Assembly (NCBI GenBank): GCA_046291695.1
Contig: JBKBSO010000009.1
Location: forward strand, 1,707-65,706
Direction of reading: 5' to 3'
DNA: 64,000 nt
DNA from: Bacteroidia bacterium
Lineage (GTDB): Bacteria > Bacteroidota > Bacteroidia > UBA7662
Made by a program: the position numbers and the translations under genes. The notes under the pieces were generated by a model. It saw nothing but the letters and a program-made list of their open reading frames with translations, was not told the DNA's origin and searched no databases. Position 1 is the stretch's first letter. Each line of letters begins with the position of its first letter. Shown here one piece after another: positions 18,558 to 30,669 of the stretch.

Positions 18558-19204
18558 AACACTTATGGACAACTTTGGCTGCCCTGCTGCTCTTGGCCGC
18601 TTGCAACCAAAGCAAAAAAAACAATCAAAGCAGCGCGTCTGCTGAACCTGAGGTATCCACCGAAAATCCCGAGCCCAAAAGCCTCGAAGCACGCATACAC
18701 GAAAGTTCGGCAGCCATTGCCTCCGAAACTTTTGCTGCAATGAGCGCGGTGCTGATGCACAAAATTCAAACTGAGGGTGCCGACCAAGCCGTTGTTTTTT
18801 GCAGTGAGCGCGCTTGGCCCATCACCGATTCCCTGGCACAAAAGCATGGGGTGCAAATCAGCCGCAAAGCCGTGCGTTACCGGAATCCTGCTAATAAAGC
18901 CACGACCGAAGAAGCAGCCCTGCTGAGCATTTGGGAACCTATGGTGAAGGAACATCGTAAGCCTGAAGGTAAAATTGTGCAACGCGCCGATGGCATCGAC
19001 TGGTATGGAGCTATTGTGATTCCCCACCCACGCTGCCTCGATTGTCATGGCCTGCTCGATAAAGACGATATTTTCCCGGAAACTCTGGCCGAAATCAACA
19101 AACGCTATCCGAATGACAAAGCTGTTAATTTTGAATTGGGCGATTTACGCGGCATGTGGAAAATCAGCTATCCTGCCCACTATTTCGATGAAAAAACAAA
19201 CTAG
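18551..19204 (+). CDS. DUF3365/Tll0287-like c-type heme lipoprotein
   Basis: Lipobox LLAAC; RYRNPAN; CLDCH heme motif; YPNDKA..GDLRG. Confidence 0.8.
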   Translation: MVKHLWTTLAALLLLAACNQSKKNNQSSASAEPEVSTENPEPKSLEARIHESSAAIASETFAAMSAVLMHKIQTEGADQAVVFCSERAWPITDSLAQKHGVQISRKAVRYRNPANKATTEEAALLSIWEPMVKEHRKPEGKIVQRADGIDWYGAIVIPHPRCLDCHGLLDKDDIFPETLAEINKRYPNDKAVNFELGDLRGMWKISYPAHYFDEKTN

Positions 19205-19207
19205 TGC

Positions 19208-19846
19208 TTAACCCCTGAATACCATTTGCAGCATCGGTATGGCACCATTGGCCACAAACTGAATGCCAATAGCAAGTACTATAAAGCCCATCATGCGCGA
19301 TAAAGCACTGATACCCGATTCACCCAAAAAGCTCACCAATCGCGGTGATACGCGCAAAATTAGGTAGGTAGTAAGGGCCATGGTGAGTACCGCGGCAATA
19401 ACCAGCAAAAAATCCCATACCACACTGAGCTCTAAACCTAAGCTGATGAGCAGCGAAATGGAGCCCGGACCCGATAACATGGGCATGGCCAAGGGCGAAA
19501 AACTGATGTCGTTTTTGAGCATGGCCTCTTGCTTTACCTTTTTGTTGATGGCACGGCCTTTGGAATATTCCGATTTAGAGCGTAACAAATCCAGTCCCGA
19601 CTTGCTGATGATGAGTCCGCCGGCAATGCGTAGCCCTTCGATGCTGATTCCAAAAAAATCGAGAATATAGCTGCCAATCAGAAAAAAGGCGACCAGAATG
19701 CACGCCAAGTAAATGGCGGCTTTGCGAATTTGTATTTCGCGCCAGGCTGGACTGTCGTTGGCCGTAAGCGCTAAAAACACCGGCATGGCACCCAATGGAT
19801 TGACAACCGAAAACAAGGCGCTGAAAGTGGCTACGAATAATCCCAT
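19208..19846 (-). CDS. MarC family membrane protein
   Basis: VVNPLGAMPVF, PLAMPMLSGPGSI, RMMGFIVLAIG. Confidence 0.9.
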   Translation of the reverse strand: MGLFVATFSALFSVVNPLGAMPVFLALTANDSPAWREIQIRKAAIYLACILVAFFLIGSYILDFFGISIEGLRIAGGLIISKSGLDLLRSKSEYSKGRAINKKVKQEAMLKNDISFSPLAMPMLSGPGSISLLISLGLELSVVWDFLLVIAAVLTMALTTYLILRVSPRLVSFLGESGISALSRMMGFIVLAIGIQFVANGAIPMLQMVFRG

Positions 19847-20063
19847 TGGCCGCAAAATTAGGAAAATAAGCGATTCGTTGGGATTGAGGGAGAACGTAGC
19901 GTTTAAGGTCCTGAGGCAACCCAATGGATATGACTTCGATGGCACGGCATGCGAATTCAAAATTCATCGCCCGGATTGCGCCCGGCTTTTCGGGATTGGG
20001 TATTCGGAGTACTACACAAGCTGGGGTTGGCCAAGGGATGCTTACCAACGAAGTAGCCCAAGT

Positions 20064-20465
20064 TTACCTTGCCGTATAAACCTCCAAAATTCGACCATCA
20101 ATTTTAGAAATCTCTACTTGAATTGTACCACCCATAATTCCTAGCCTCTTAAAAGGCAAATTACCCCAAACAATCCAAATGTCGTTCTCTTTCAATTTGG
20201 CCTTATAAGGCCGTTCACTTTTCATCCTTCTTTTACCATAAATAGGAATAATGACCGCCTCAGCAATTGCAATTGCCGTTTCCTCATCAGGCACATACCC
20301 GTTTGCCGGATAAGCAACTGCTCCTACATGAACAGAAATATCTTTGCTATTGGTGCGAATATATTTGCTTTGAATTTCTAACAATTCATTGTTGCTCGAA
20401 CTAAGTTTCATCATCCCGAGTCCAAATACAAGTCCTGCCGTAAAGATTAATCCTTTATTCATCAT
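20064..20465 (-). CDS. YbbC/YhhH family (NTF2-fold immunity-like) protein
   Basis: VPDEETAIAIAEAVIIPIYG...ERPY..WIVWG...GG...ISKIDGRIL; visibly AT-rich. Confidence 0.7.
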   Translation of the reverse strand: MMNKGLIFTAGLVFGLGMMKLSSSNNELLEIQSKYIRTNSKDISVHVGAVAYPANGYVPDEETAIAIAEAVIIPIYGKRRMKSERPYKAKLKENDIWIVWGNLPFKRLGIMGGTIQVEISKIDGRILEVYTAR

Positions 20466-20740
20466 CTTTCTTTTCAATAAATGTATGATAATTTATGCCA
20501 CTTTTAGCACAGGTTCTTTGTAATACCCCTATCAATTAAACCAATTAAACAGCCTTACAAAGCAGCTGGCCTCCCCCCATCCAACACATGGCCAGTTCAA
20601 AACGCTGAAGCTTTAGACAGCGCACCTTTGCATACAACAAGGTAATCAACACCATTTCGTTTTCAAAACAGCGGAGCTTTTAGAGGCAGGATAGCGCTTT
20701 TAAGCTGTGCCTGCCAAAGGGCATAGGCTGCAGCCAAACG

Positions 20741-20776
20741 CAAAAAGCCGCTACCTGTTACAGCAGCGGCTTTTTG
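20741..20776 (-). terminator. Intrinsic terminator of secDF
   Basis: CAAAAAGCCGCT...AGCGGCTTTTTG inverted repeat about 20 nt past the secDF stop. Confidence 0.8.
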
Positions 20777-20796
20777 GAATCGGTGAGCTGAGTGTT

Positions 20797-23700
20797 TTAC
20801 TTCTTCAGCTTCTTCTTTTCTACAAATTTGGCGGTATCGAGGACCACGGCTGAACCGATGAAAATCGACGAGTAGGTACCTACAAACATACCCAACAACA
20901 AGGCAAAGGTAAAGCCTTTGATTACCTCGCCACCAAAAAGGAAGAGCACAAACACTACCAAGATGGTGGTTACGGCCGTAATGATGGTACGACTGAAAGT
21001 GCTGTTTACCGCGCTATTGATGACTTGTTCATTGTCATTGCCATGATGTAAATTAAGGTACTCGCGCAAACGGTCGTACACCACCACGGTATCGTTGATG
21101 GAATAACCTACAATGGTAAGGATGGCTGCAATAAAGGCCTGGTCAATTTCCATGCTGAAGGGCATAAACTTCCAGGTAAGGCTGAATATACCCAGCACAA
21201 ACAATACGTCGTGCAACAAGGCAATGGTAGCACCCAAGGCGTAGTTCCACTTGCGGAAACGTATGAGGATGTACACCGAAATCACCACCAGTGAAAAAAT
21301 GATCGACATGATGGCCGAAGCTTTGATGTCGTCGGCAATGGTAGGCCCTACCTTTTGCGAGCTCAGAATGCGCGTTCCACGGAAGGTCTCAAAATCAACC
21401 GGATTGGTCATGATGCTGCTCAATCCCTCATGTAATTTACGCTCCACCGTTTCATCCACATCCTCTCCTTGCTCGTTAATGCGGTACGAAGTGGTGATTT
21501 TAAACTTGGTGTCGCTGCCAAAGGTTTTTACCTCAGGTGCGCCTTCGAATGCACCGGTGAGCACCGAACGTAACTCGGTAGCCGTTTTGCCATCCTTAAA
21601 TTCAACCACATACGAACGTCCACCTTTGAAGTCAACCCCCAAGTTGAATCCTTGGGTAAACATGCTCATGAGACCGGCTACAATCACTACACCCGATACA
21701 CCGTACCACAACTTACGACGGCTCAGGAAGTCGATGTTCAAATTGCTGAACACCTTCAAGCTCCAGGCCGAACCAAAGCTCATTGGCTTTTCTTTTTCTA
21801 CGTACCAGTCGATGATCATGCGTGTAATAAAAATGGCGCAGAACAAGGAGGTGAGGATACCCACGATGAGTGTTGTTGCAAAACCGCGGATAGGACCCGT
21901 ACCAAACGAATACAGGATAATACCCGTAAGCAAGGTGGTTACGTTGGCATCGATGATGGACGAATAGGCGTTTTTGAAGCCGTCGGCAATGCCGATACGC
22001 AGGCTCTTGCCTTTTTCAAGCTCTTCGCGAATACGTTCAAAAATAAGTACGTTGGCATCTACCGCCATACCGATGGTAAGCACAATACCTGCAATACCCG
22101 GCAAGGTTAATACCGCTTGCAAGGAAGCCAATACCCCAAAGATGAAAAAGATATTGGCCAGCAAAGCAATATTGGCCACAATACCAGCCTTGGCGTAGTA
22201 AATAATCATAAACACCAATACCAACAACATACCGCTGATAATCGAAATCAAACCCGCCTGAATGGCTTCGGCACCGAGGCTAGGTCCCACAATGGCTTCT
22301 TCTACGATGCGCGCAGGTGCAGGCAATTTACCGGCCTTAAGGATGTTGGCCAGGTCTTTCGCCTCTTCGGGTGTAAAGTTTCCGCTGATTGACGACATAC
22401 CGCCGCTGATCTCCGACTTTACGTTGGGATACGAATACACATAATCGTCGAGCACAATGGCAATACTGCGCTCAATATTGTCGGCCGTTAAACGACGCCA
22501 GATTTTGGCCCCTTCGGCATTCATGGTCATGCTCACCTCTACTTGACTGTAGTTGTCGAGCGACTGGCGGGCATCGGTAATCACGTCACCTTCGAGCGGT
22601 GCACGCTCATCGTTGCTCCGAGTTTTGATGGCAATCAGATCGAGAAATTTATTGCCTTCGCCCCGACCTTTTACGGTCCACAACAACTTGAGGTTACGCG
22701 GCAACATGGCGCGAACTTCGTCTTGCGCAAAGAGGGCATTAATTTTGGCCGTGTCGCGTACACTGGCGGTACCTACTACGGGGCCCTTCATGGCGCGGGT
22801 AGTACCATCGGGATCCTGGAAAACAGCGGGCATCAACAACATGAAAAGCGGGTTTTCGCGTTGTGCCTGGTCCATGCTCAATTCGCCATCGGCACCACTG
22901 CTTGCGGTATCGGCAGCTGCCAATTGCTTCAGCAGGTCGTCTTCAGCTGCTTCCGGGGCCTCGGCCGTTTCGCTGGTTTCAGCATCGGCAGCATCGGCTG
23001 CAGCATCGCCTGAAGTATCAGCACCAGACGCAAGCTTAGCCCGATCAGCCAACATTTTATTGACTTCGAAAATACGCTCGAGCACTTCACCACTTTCGTA
23101 AGTTTCCCAGAACTCCAGCTTGGCTGTACCCTGTAGCAGCTTACGTACCCGATCAGGGTTATCTACACCCGGTAGTTCAATGATAATGCGTCCGGTACCC
23201 TGCTGACGCTGAATGTTAGGAGAAGTCACCCCAAACTTATCAATACGCGTACGCAAGATGTTGAACGAGCGATCAATGGCCCCTTCGGTTTCTTCGCGGA
23301 GCACTTCCATCACCTGGGCATTGCTGCTGTTGTAATCGATTTTTCCCTGATTTTCGCGCGTGGCAAAAATGGCCGCCAATTGGCCATTCGGCTCAACATC
23401 TTTGTAGGCTTGCTCAAACAAGGTAACGTAATCGAGCTGGCTGCTGCGCTGACGTTCGGTGGCCAGCTCAATGGCCTTTACGAAAGAAGCGTCTTTGCTG
23501 TAGTTACTCAAGGCTTTGATTACATCGGCAACCGACACTTCCATCACCACGTTCATACCCCCTTGAAGGTCGAGACCAAGGTTCAGTTGTTGTTCTTTTA
23601 CCTGTTGGTAGGTAAATGAACGGAGGATGATGTTGTACACTTTCACATCAGCCATTGAATCGAGATAGGCCTTTTCAACGGCCGGATCGCCATTGGCGAA

Positions 23701-23811
23701 ATTGCGCGCCTTTTTTTCTACCCGGTTCGATACCAGGGTAAAGCTCAATTGGTATAAACATACCAAGACAAAGGCTACGACTAAGGAACGAACTAGTCCT
23801 TTACTTTTCAT
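20797..23811 (-). CDS. secDF: Protein translocase subunit SecDF (fused)
   Basis: LGLDLQGG, GMAVDANVLIFERIREE, LGVDFKGG, GYSINDTVVVYDRLRE. Confidence 0.97.
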   Translation of the reverse strand: MKSKGLVRSLVVAFVLVCLYQLSFTLVSNRVEKKARNFANGDPAVEKAYLDSMADVKVYNIILRSFTYQQVKEQQLNLGLDLQGGMNVVMEVSVADVIKALSNYSKDASFVKAIELATERQRSSQLDYVTLFEQAYKDVEPNGQLAAIFATRENQGKIDYNSSNAQVMEVLREETEGAIDRSFNILRTRIDKFGVTSPNIQRQQGTGRIIIELPGVDNPDRVRKLLQGTAKLEFWETYESGEVLERIFEVNKMLADRAKLASGADTSGDAAADAADAETSETAEAPEAAEDDLLKQLAAADTASSGADGELSMDQAQRENPLFMLLMPAVFQDPDGTTRAMKGPVVGTASVRDTAKINALFAQDEVRAMLPRNLKLLWTVKGRGEGNKFLDLIAIKTRSNDERAPLEGDVITDARQSLDNYSQVEVSMTMNAEGAKIWRRLTADNIERSIAIVLDDYVYSYPNVKSEISGGMSSISGNFTPEEAKDLANILKAGKLPAPARIVEEAIVGPSLGAEAIQAGLISIISGMLLVLVFMIIYYAKAGIVANIALLANIFFIFGVLASLQAVLTLPGIAGIVLTIGMAVDANVLIFERIREELEKGKSLRIGIADGFKNAYSSIIDANVTTLLTGIILYSFGTGPIRGFATTLIVGILTSLFCAIFITRMIIDWYVEKEKPMSFGSAWSLKVFSNLNIDFLSRRKLWYGVSGVVIVAGLMSMFTQGFNLGVDFKGGRSYVVEFKDGKTATELRSVLTGAFEGAPEVKTFGSDTKFKITTSYRINEQGEDVDETVERKLHEGLSSIMTNPVDFETFRGTRILSSQKVGPTIADDIKASAIMSIIFSLVVISVYILIRFRKWNYALGATIALLHDVLFVLGIFSLTWKFMPFSMEIDQAFIAAILTIVGYSINDTVVVYDRLREYLNLHHGNDNEQVINSAVNSTFSRTIITAVTTILVVFVLFLFGGEVIKGFTFALLLGMFVGTYSSIFIGSAVVLDTAKFVEKKKLKK

Positions 23812-23898
23812 TTTGTAATTATTTGGTTTTGATTAGGAAAATTAATGTGGGTTGGGCAAAAGAAAAGGCCATGCCCAGGCCTAAAATGCGCACTTTGT

Positions 23899-24246
23899 TC
23901 ACGGAGCAAGTGCCTGCATGGTGCAGGTAAGCAAAACTTTTTGACGGTGAATGAGTGCTTCCGGACGTTTTTCGTGAGCCCGATCGATGACGGCATTCGT
24001 TACAAAAACCTGATGTGCAGGAGCTGATTGCGGCATTTCGGCACGCAATTGAAAGCCGCTAATGTGTATGGGCAGCGACTGCAGTGGCTCAATAAAATGC
24101 TGAGGAACTTCTTCTTCAGCTGCCTCGTCACTCAAGCCATAGCCCGCAAGCATATGTTCACCATCCAATGGCAGCAACCATTCGGAGGCCGTAGCAGCCG
24201 ATGACAGGCTGAAGACCAAAACAACTATGAGCAGCTTGCGCAACAT
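23899..24246 (-). CDS. Signal-peptide uORF upstream of secDF (candidate arrest peptide)
   Basis: MLRKLLIVVLVFSLSSAATA signal; ends TMQALAP-TGA 87 nt before the secDF start; TATATTCG promoter-like motif 6 nt upstream of its ATG. Confidence 0.7.
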   Translation of the reverse strand: MLRKLLIVVLVFSLSSAATASEWLLPLDGEHMLAGYGLSDEAAEEEVPQHFIEPLQSLPIHISGFQLRAEMPQSAPAHQVFVTNAVIDRAHEKRPEALIHRQKVLLTCTMQALAP

Positions 24247-24773
24247 AAGGGGCGAATATAGAACATTGTTTTGGAAATTGCGATTTGAAATTTGCGATTC
24301 AATGTCGTTTAGTTAACGAATCATTGTGTTACTTCAAAAATTACTGGGTTGCAACTCTTATTTCTTTGGAGTAAAGCGCTTTACGAAGCAAATGCGGTTA
24401 GCAATACAAAAAATGTTGTGCATGGCACAGCAATAGTCGATTTTCTGCCCTGTTTGTTTGCTGCACAGGCTATCTGAGATTTCCGTGTAATCTGTATTGA
24501 AAACCTCGGCCATCCTAGGTAAAGCACGTAGACTTACCCTGTTTCGTACCCATGCATGCGTACCTAAACGATATTGATTTGCGATTTGAAATTCGGAACG
24601 CGGATTAAGCCATTGGAGACCCCGCTGAACAAGGAGATTTGGGATTCGTCGCTAAAAAGTGTAGGATTTGTTGCTCCGGCTGCGCCGAATTATTCGGGAT
24701 CCGGAGAGTGGTGAACCCCTGGACACGCCTTCGATTGTTGGTATTCAAAATGCATTACTCGCATTTCAGATAA

Positions 24774-26549
<1,776 letters not shown>

Positions 26550-26670
26550 GGTCGCTGAGCCTTGGCAAAGTGCCAACCAGTTGCTGTGGCAAGACTGATT
26601 TGGACCGTTGAAATGCAAATAAATCCATGGCCATTGCGAAGGCACTTCAGATCTAAAGTTGATTTACATC

Positions 26671-26714
26671 CATAAAAAATCCCGTTTACACGCATGTAAA
26701 CGGGATTTTTTATG
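26671..26714. terminator. Bidirectional terminator between convergent ABC-F and ahpC
   Basis: Perfect 20-bp inverted repeat CATAAAAAATCCCGTTTACA-cgca-TGTAAACGGGATTTTTTATG. Confidence 0.9.
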
Positions 26715-26729
26715 AAAGACAGCGCCTGA

Positions 26730-27362
26730 TTAGTGCGAAGCCAGGTATTGAGCAACGCCCTCGTGGGTATCTTTCAATCCGTCTTTTCCGGCTTCCCAGT
26801 TCGCTGGACAAACCTCGCCTTTTTCTTCGTGGAACAACAAGGCATCTACCATGCGTAGGGCCTCATTTACCGAACGACCCAAAGGAAAATTGTTGACTAC
26901 CTGGTGCTGAACCACACCATTTTTGTCGATGAGGAACAAACCACGATAAGCAATCATCGGGCCGTTAGCGGTCATGTCGCCTTCTTCGGTATAGTCGTAC
27001 TGACCAGCCAGCACACCATAATTCATGCTGATGGTTTTGGTGGTATCAGCTACGATTGGGTAAGTGATACCCTGAATACCGCCAGCAGCCTTCGACATTT
27101 GCAACCAACCCCAATGCGACTCTTCGGTATCGGTAGAAGCCGCTACTACGGCCACGCCACGACGCTCAAATTCGCCCAGTTTTTCCTGGAAAGCATGCAA
27201 TTCGGTTGGACAAACAAAGGTGAAATCTTTTGGATAGAAGAAGAAAATAACGTGCTTCTTACCGATGTACTGCTCCAGTGAAAAGTCTTCGATGATTTCT
27301 TCACCATTCACTACTGCGGGAGCGCTAAAATGAGGGGCCTTACGACCTACTAATACTGACAT
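26730..27362 (-). CDS. ahpC: 2-Cys peroxiredoxin
   Basis: FYPKDFTFVCPTE and GEVCPANW. Confidence 0.93.
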   Translation of the reverse strand: MSVLVGRKAPHFSAPAVVNGEEIIEDFSLEQYIGKKHVIFFFYPKDFTFVCPTELHAFQEKLGEFERRGVAVVAASTDTEESHWGWLQMSKAAGGIQGITYPIVADTTKTISMNYGVLAGQYDYTEEGDMTANGPMIAYRGLFLIDKNGVVQHQVVNNFPLGRSVNEALRMVDALLFHEEKGEVCPANWEAGKDGLKDTHEGVAQYLASH

Positions 27363-27526
27363 ACTGAATTGAATTTTTAAAATTAACTACCTGCTAAAAA
27401 CCATAGGCACCTAAAAGGTTCCAAGGCGGTGCAAAGTTAATCAAAAGCCATCTAAAATGCAGGGAAAGCCTGCTGGTAAAGGCGATAAAAAATCGTTGAG
27501 ATTTGGGCATTTTTGTATTTTGTGGC

Positions 27527-30500
27527 ATGGCCTTTACCGTTTACAGAGCTGCTGCTGGCTCAGGAAAAACCTATACCCTTGTACGCGAGTATCTGCGTTT
27601 AGCCCTTGGCGCATCGCAAGCCGACGGCTTTAAGCATATTTTGGCCATCACCTTTACCAATAAGGCCGCTGCGGAAATGAAAAACCGTGTTTTGCAAGCC
27701 TTGGCCGAAATTTCGGGCAAACAAAGCGGTGATCGGTTTGCTGCCATGGCGGCTGAACTTTCGGAACAGCTTGCCCTACCGGCCCCTGCCCTGGCCGAAC
27801 GCGCCGATCAAGTACTCCACAGCATGCTTCACAGCTACCAACTCCTTAGCATAGGCACCATCGACAGTTTTGTGGCGCGCCTGGCCCGGCAGTTTGCCCG
27901 AGAGTTGTTGCTCGATCAACAATTTGAAATTGTGCTCGACCAGGAAAGCATCCTCAGTCATACCACCGACCGCCTATTGGCTCGAATTGGAGAAGACCAA
28001 ACCGTGACCACCTTATTGCTGGGCTTGGCACAAGAGCTCAGTCGCGACGACCGCAGCTGGCAATTGCGTAAGCCGCTGATGGGCTATGCCAAGCTTTTGC
28101 TACGCGACGAGATGCGGGAGCTGCTGCCTCGACTTCAGGCCCTTGACACCGATAATTTTATGGCCGAGCGCGAACATCTGAAAAAGCTGCAGCAAGATCT
28201 AAAAGCGCAAATCACCGGCCCTGCACTGGGGTTGCTTCAACAAATAAAAGCGGCCGGACTATCCGCAGAAGACTTCAGCAATAAAATGGGAGGTGCCTAC
28301 GGCAATATAGTTAAATGGAGCAAAGCCGATTTTGAAATCGGCAAGCGTATTGGTGATGCCATCGAAAAAAACGTTTGGTATCCGAAGTCCTTGCCTCCGG
28401 CCCGCAAAGCGATGATGGATGAGCTCAGTGGGTTGCTGAACAGCGAATGCCGTAAGCTATTGGAACTCATCGAAAAAAATGCGCCCAGCATCCGCTTGCT
28501 CGAGGCCATTTTGTCGAAACAATTTGCCATGGCTAGTTTGGCTCTTCTGCAGCAAGAATATGAAGCATGGATGACCGAAAACCTGAGTGCCCCACTCAAC
28601 AGCCTATACTTCCGCATAGCCGACCTGCTCGATGATACCGGTACGCCATTCATTTACGAACGGCTCGGCAATCGATACCGGCATTTTCTGATCGACGAAT
28701 TTCAGGATACCAGCATACTGCAATGGAAAAATATGTTGCCCTTGGTAGAGAACGGCTTGGCCGGAGGCTACGACAGCTTACTGGTGGGTGATGCCAAGCA
28801 AGCCATTTACCGGTGGCGAAGTGGCGATGCCAATCAATTTGTGGCCCTACCCGCTGTAGACGGCCGCCAATCGCTCCTGCTCCAAGAAAGCTATACAGCA
28901 AAAAGCCTGAAACGTAACTTCCGTTCATACCGGCAGGTCATCGATTTTAACAACCACTTTTTTCATTGGTTAAGTCACAAAAGCGATGACCAACGCAAGC
29001 GCTTTTATGAAGGACTCGAACAAGAAGGGGGTAAAAAGGGAGGACTGGTACAGGTTGAATTGCTACCTAAAGCTGGTGAAGACGAAGAGCGAAACGACAA
29101 TCGATTCAAGCGCATACGCCAAATCGTGGAAGAAGCCCGTGCCCATGAGGTGCCTTTTGGAGAAATGGCCGTGCTGGTTCGATCGAACAAGCTGGGTAGT
29201 CAAATAGCCGTTGACTTGCTCAGAGCTGGTTTCCCGGTAGTTTCCGGCGAAAGTTTGCTCCTTTGCCAGCAAGATCATATCCGGTTGTGTGTAGCTTGCA
29301 TGCATTGGCTACTCGACCCTGCCGACAAACTCAACAACTACCTTTGCCTACACCTGGCCGCCCAGCTTAAACGAACAGCAGTGGCTGGCTCAGAGCAGCT
29401 TCAAACCTTTTTAGAAATACATTTTGGGCCCTTACCGCTATACAAGTGGCGAGCCCTTCCACTGTCGGAATTGGGCGAACATATTCTGGCCTATTTCGAG
29501 CTTTTGCACCATGCCGATCCTTTCGTGCTTCGCTTTGTAGATTTGATGGCCGAAAAAAGCCAGCAATTCCGAACCCTTGCTGAGCTCCTGAGCTGGTGGT
29601 ACGACAAAGGGTTGGTGGCTTCACTCCAAATGCCTGAACAGGGCGATGCCATTAGGGTAATGACCTACCACAAAGCTAAAGGTCTTGAATTCGGCTTGGT
29701 GATTGTGGCTGATCCCGACAACCGAAATACACAACTTTCGGAATCGGAGGTTTGGATCGAAACTTCGCTCCTTTCGGTAGGCACAGCCCTTGTTCCCATC
29801 AGCAAATTGAAAGATGCCGGCCCCGAATTGCAGAAAGTATACGAACACGAGCAATTACAAAGCAGCATAGATTATACCAATAATTTGTACGTGGCCTTTA
29901 CCCGTGCGGTTGGGGCACTCTTCATACTGGGCTCTGAGGATACCCGAAATACAAGCAACGATTCCTTTAGCAAAATATGGAAAGACTTCAACTACAGTTG
30001 GGACCAAAGCCAGCCCATGCTTTTTAAAAGTGGAAAGCTGCCCGAATTTGAAAAGCCAGCAAATATCGCTGCCGAAAGTTTGCATCAACACTATTGGAGC
30101 GATTGGCGTCAAAGAATTGGTTTGCAAAGTCGGTTTTCACCTGATGAAACCAACGGCAGTGCCCTAAGTCTGGGTCGTGCTGCCCATGAACTGCTGGCCC
30201 AGTTACCCGAAGCCAATCAACTGGATGAAGTAGCCCAGCATATGCTGCGAAGAGGAGAAATTAGCATCGAGCAAATCGATCTGCTGTTACCCGCCCTTCG
30301 AAAACTTTTGGCCCGACCCGGCATAGCACCCTGGTTTGTACCCGGACTTGAGCTTCGGAACGAAATAAGCATGCTCAGTCCCGATGGCCAACAGCACCGA
30401 CCCGACAGGCTCATCATTAAGGGAAAGCAAGCCTATGTGTTAGAATTTAAAACAGGTGAAGCATTAGCCAGGCACCAGGACCAATTAAGCCGTTACCTGA

Positions 30501-30565
30501 ATATACTTGAGCTAATGGGGTTTGAGGCCAACGGGGAATTGGTGTACTTTGATTTGCATGGATAA
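27527..30565 (+). CDS. UvrD-family helicase with C-terminal PD-(D/E)XK nuclease (AddA-like)
   Basis: AAAGSGKT, AITFTNKAA, IDEFQDT, VGDAKQAIYRWR, YVAFTRA, RPDRLII..LEFKTG. Confidence 0.88.
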   Translation: MAFTVYRAAAGSGKTYTLVREYLRLALGASQADGFKHILAITFTNKAAAEMKNRVLQALAEISGKQSGDRFAAMAAELSEQLALPAPALAERADQVLHSMLHSYQLLSIGTIDSFVARLARQFARELLLDQQFEIVLDQESILSHTTDRLLARIGEDQTVTTLLLGLAQELSRDDRSWQLRKPLMGYAKLLLRDEMRELLPRLQALDTDNFMAEREHLKKLQQDLKAQITGPALGLLQQIKAAGLSAEDFSNKMGGAYGNIVKWSKADFEIGKRIGDAIEKNVWYPKSLPPARKAMMDELSGLLNSECRKLLELIEKNAPSIRLLEAILSKQFAMASLALLQQEYEAWMTENLSAPLNSLYFRIADLLDDTGTPFIYERLGNRYRHFLIDEFQDTSILQWKNMLPLVENGLAGGYDSLLVGDAKQAIYRWRSGDANQFVALPAVDGRQSLLLQESYTAKSLKRNFRSYRQVIDFNNHFFHWLSHKSDDQRKRFYEGLEQEGGKKGGLVQVELLPKAGEDEERNDNRFKRIRQIVEEARAHEVPFGEMAVLVRSNKLGSQIAVDLLRAGFPVVSGESLLLCQQDHIRLCVACMHWLLDPADKLNNYLCLHLAAQLKRTAVAGSEQLQTFLEIHFGPLPLYKWRALPLSELGEHILAYFELLHHADPFVLRFVDLMAEKSQQFRTLAELLSWWYDKGLVASLQMPEQGDAIRVMTYHKAKGLEFGLVIVADPDNRNTQLSESEVWIETSLLSVGTALVPISKLKDAGPELQKVYEHEQLQSSIDYTNNLYVAFTRAVGALFILGSEDTRNTSNDSFSKIWKDFNYSWDQSQPMLFKSGKLPEFEKPANIAAESLHQHYWSDWRQRIGLQSRFSPDETNGSALSLGRAAHELLAQLPEANQLDEVAQHMLRRGEISIEQIDLLLPALRKLLARPGIAPWFVPGLELRNEISMLSPDGQQHRPDRLIIKGKQAYVLEFKTGEALARHQDQLSRYLNILELMGFEANGELVYFDLHG

Positions 30566-30669
30566 AACCGGGCAAAGAAGCAGGTGTACCAGCAGGCATG
30601 GTGTACTGCATGTTTCAAAAATTACGTTAAAACGACAATATATCGTTAACAAGCACGTATTTTTACATC

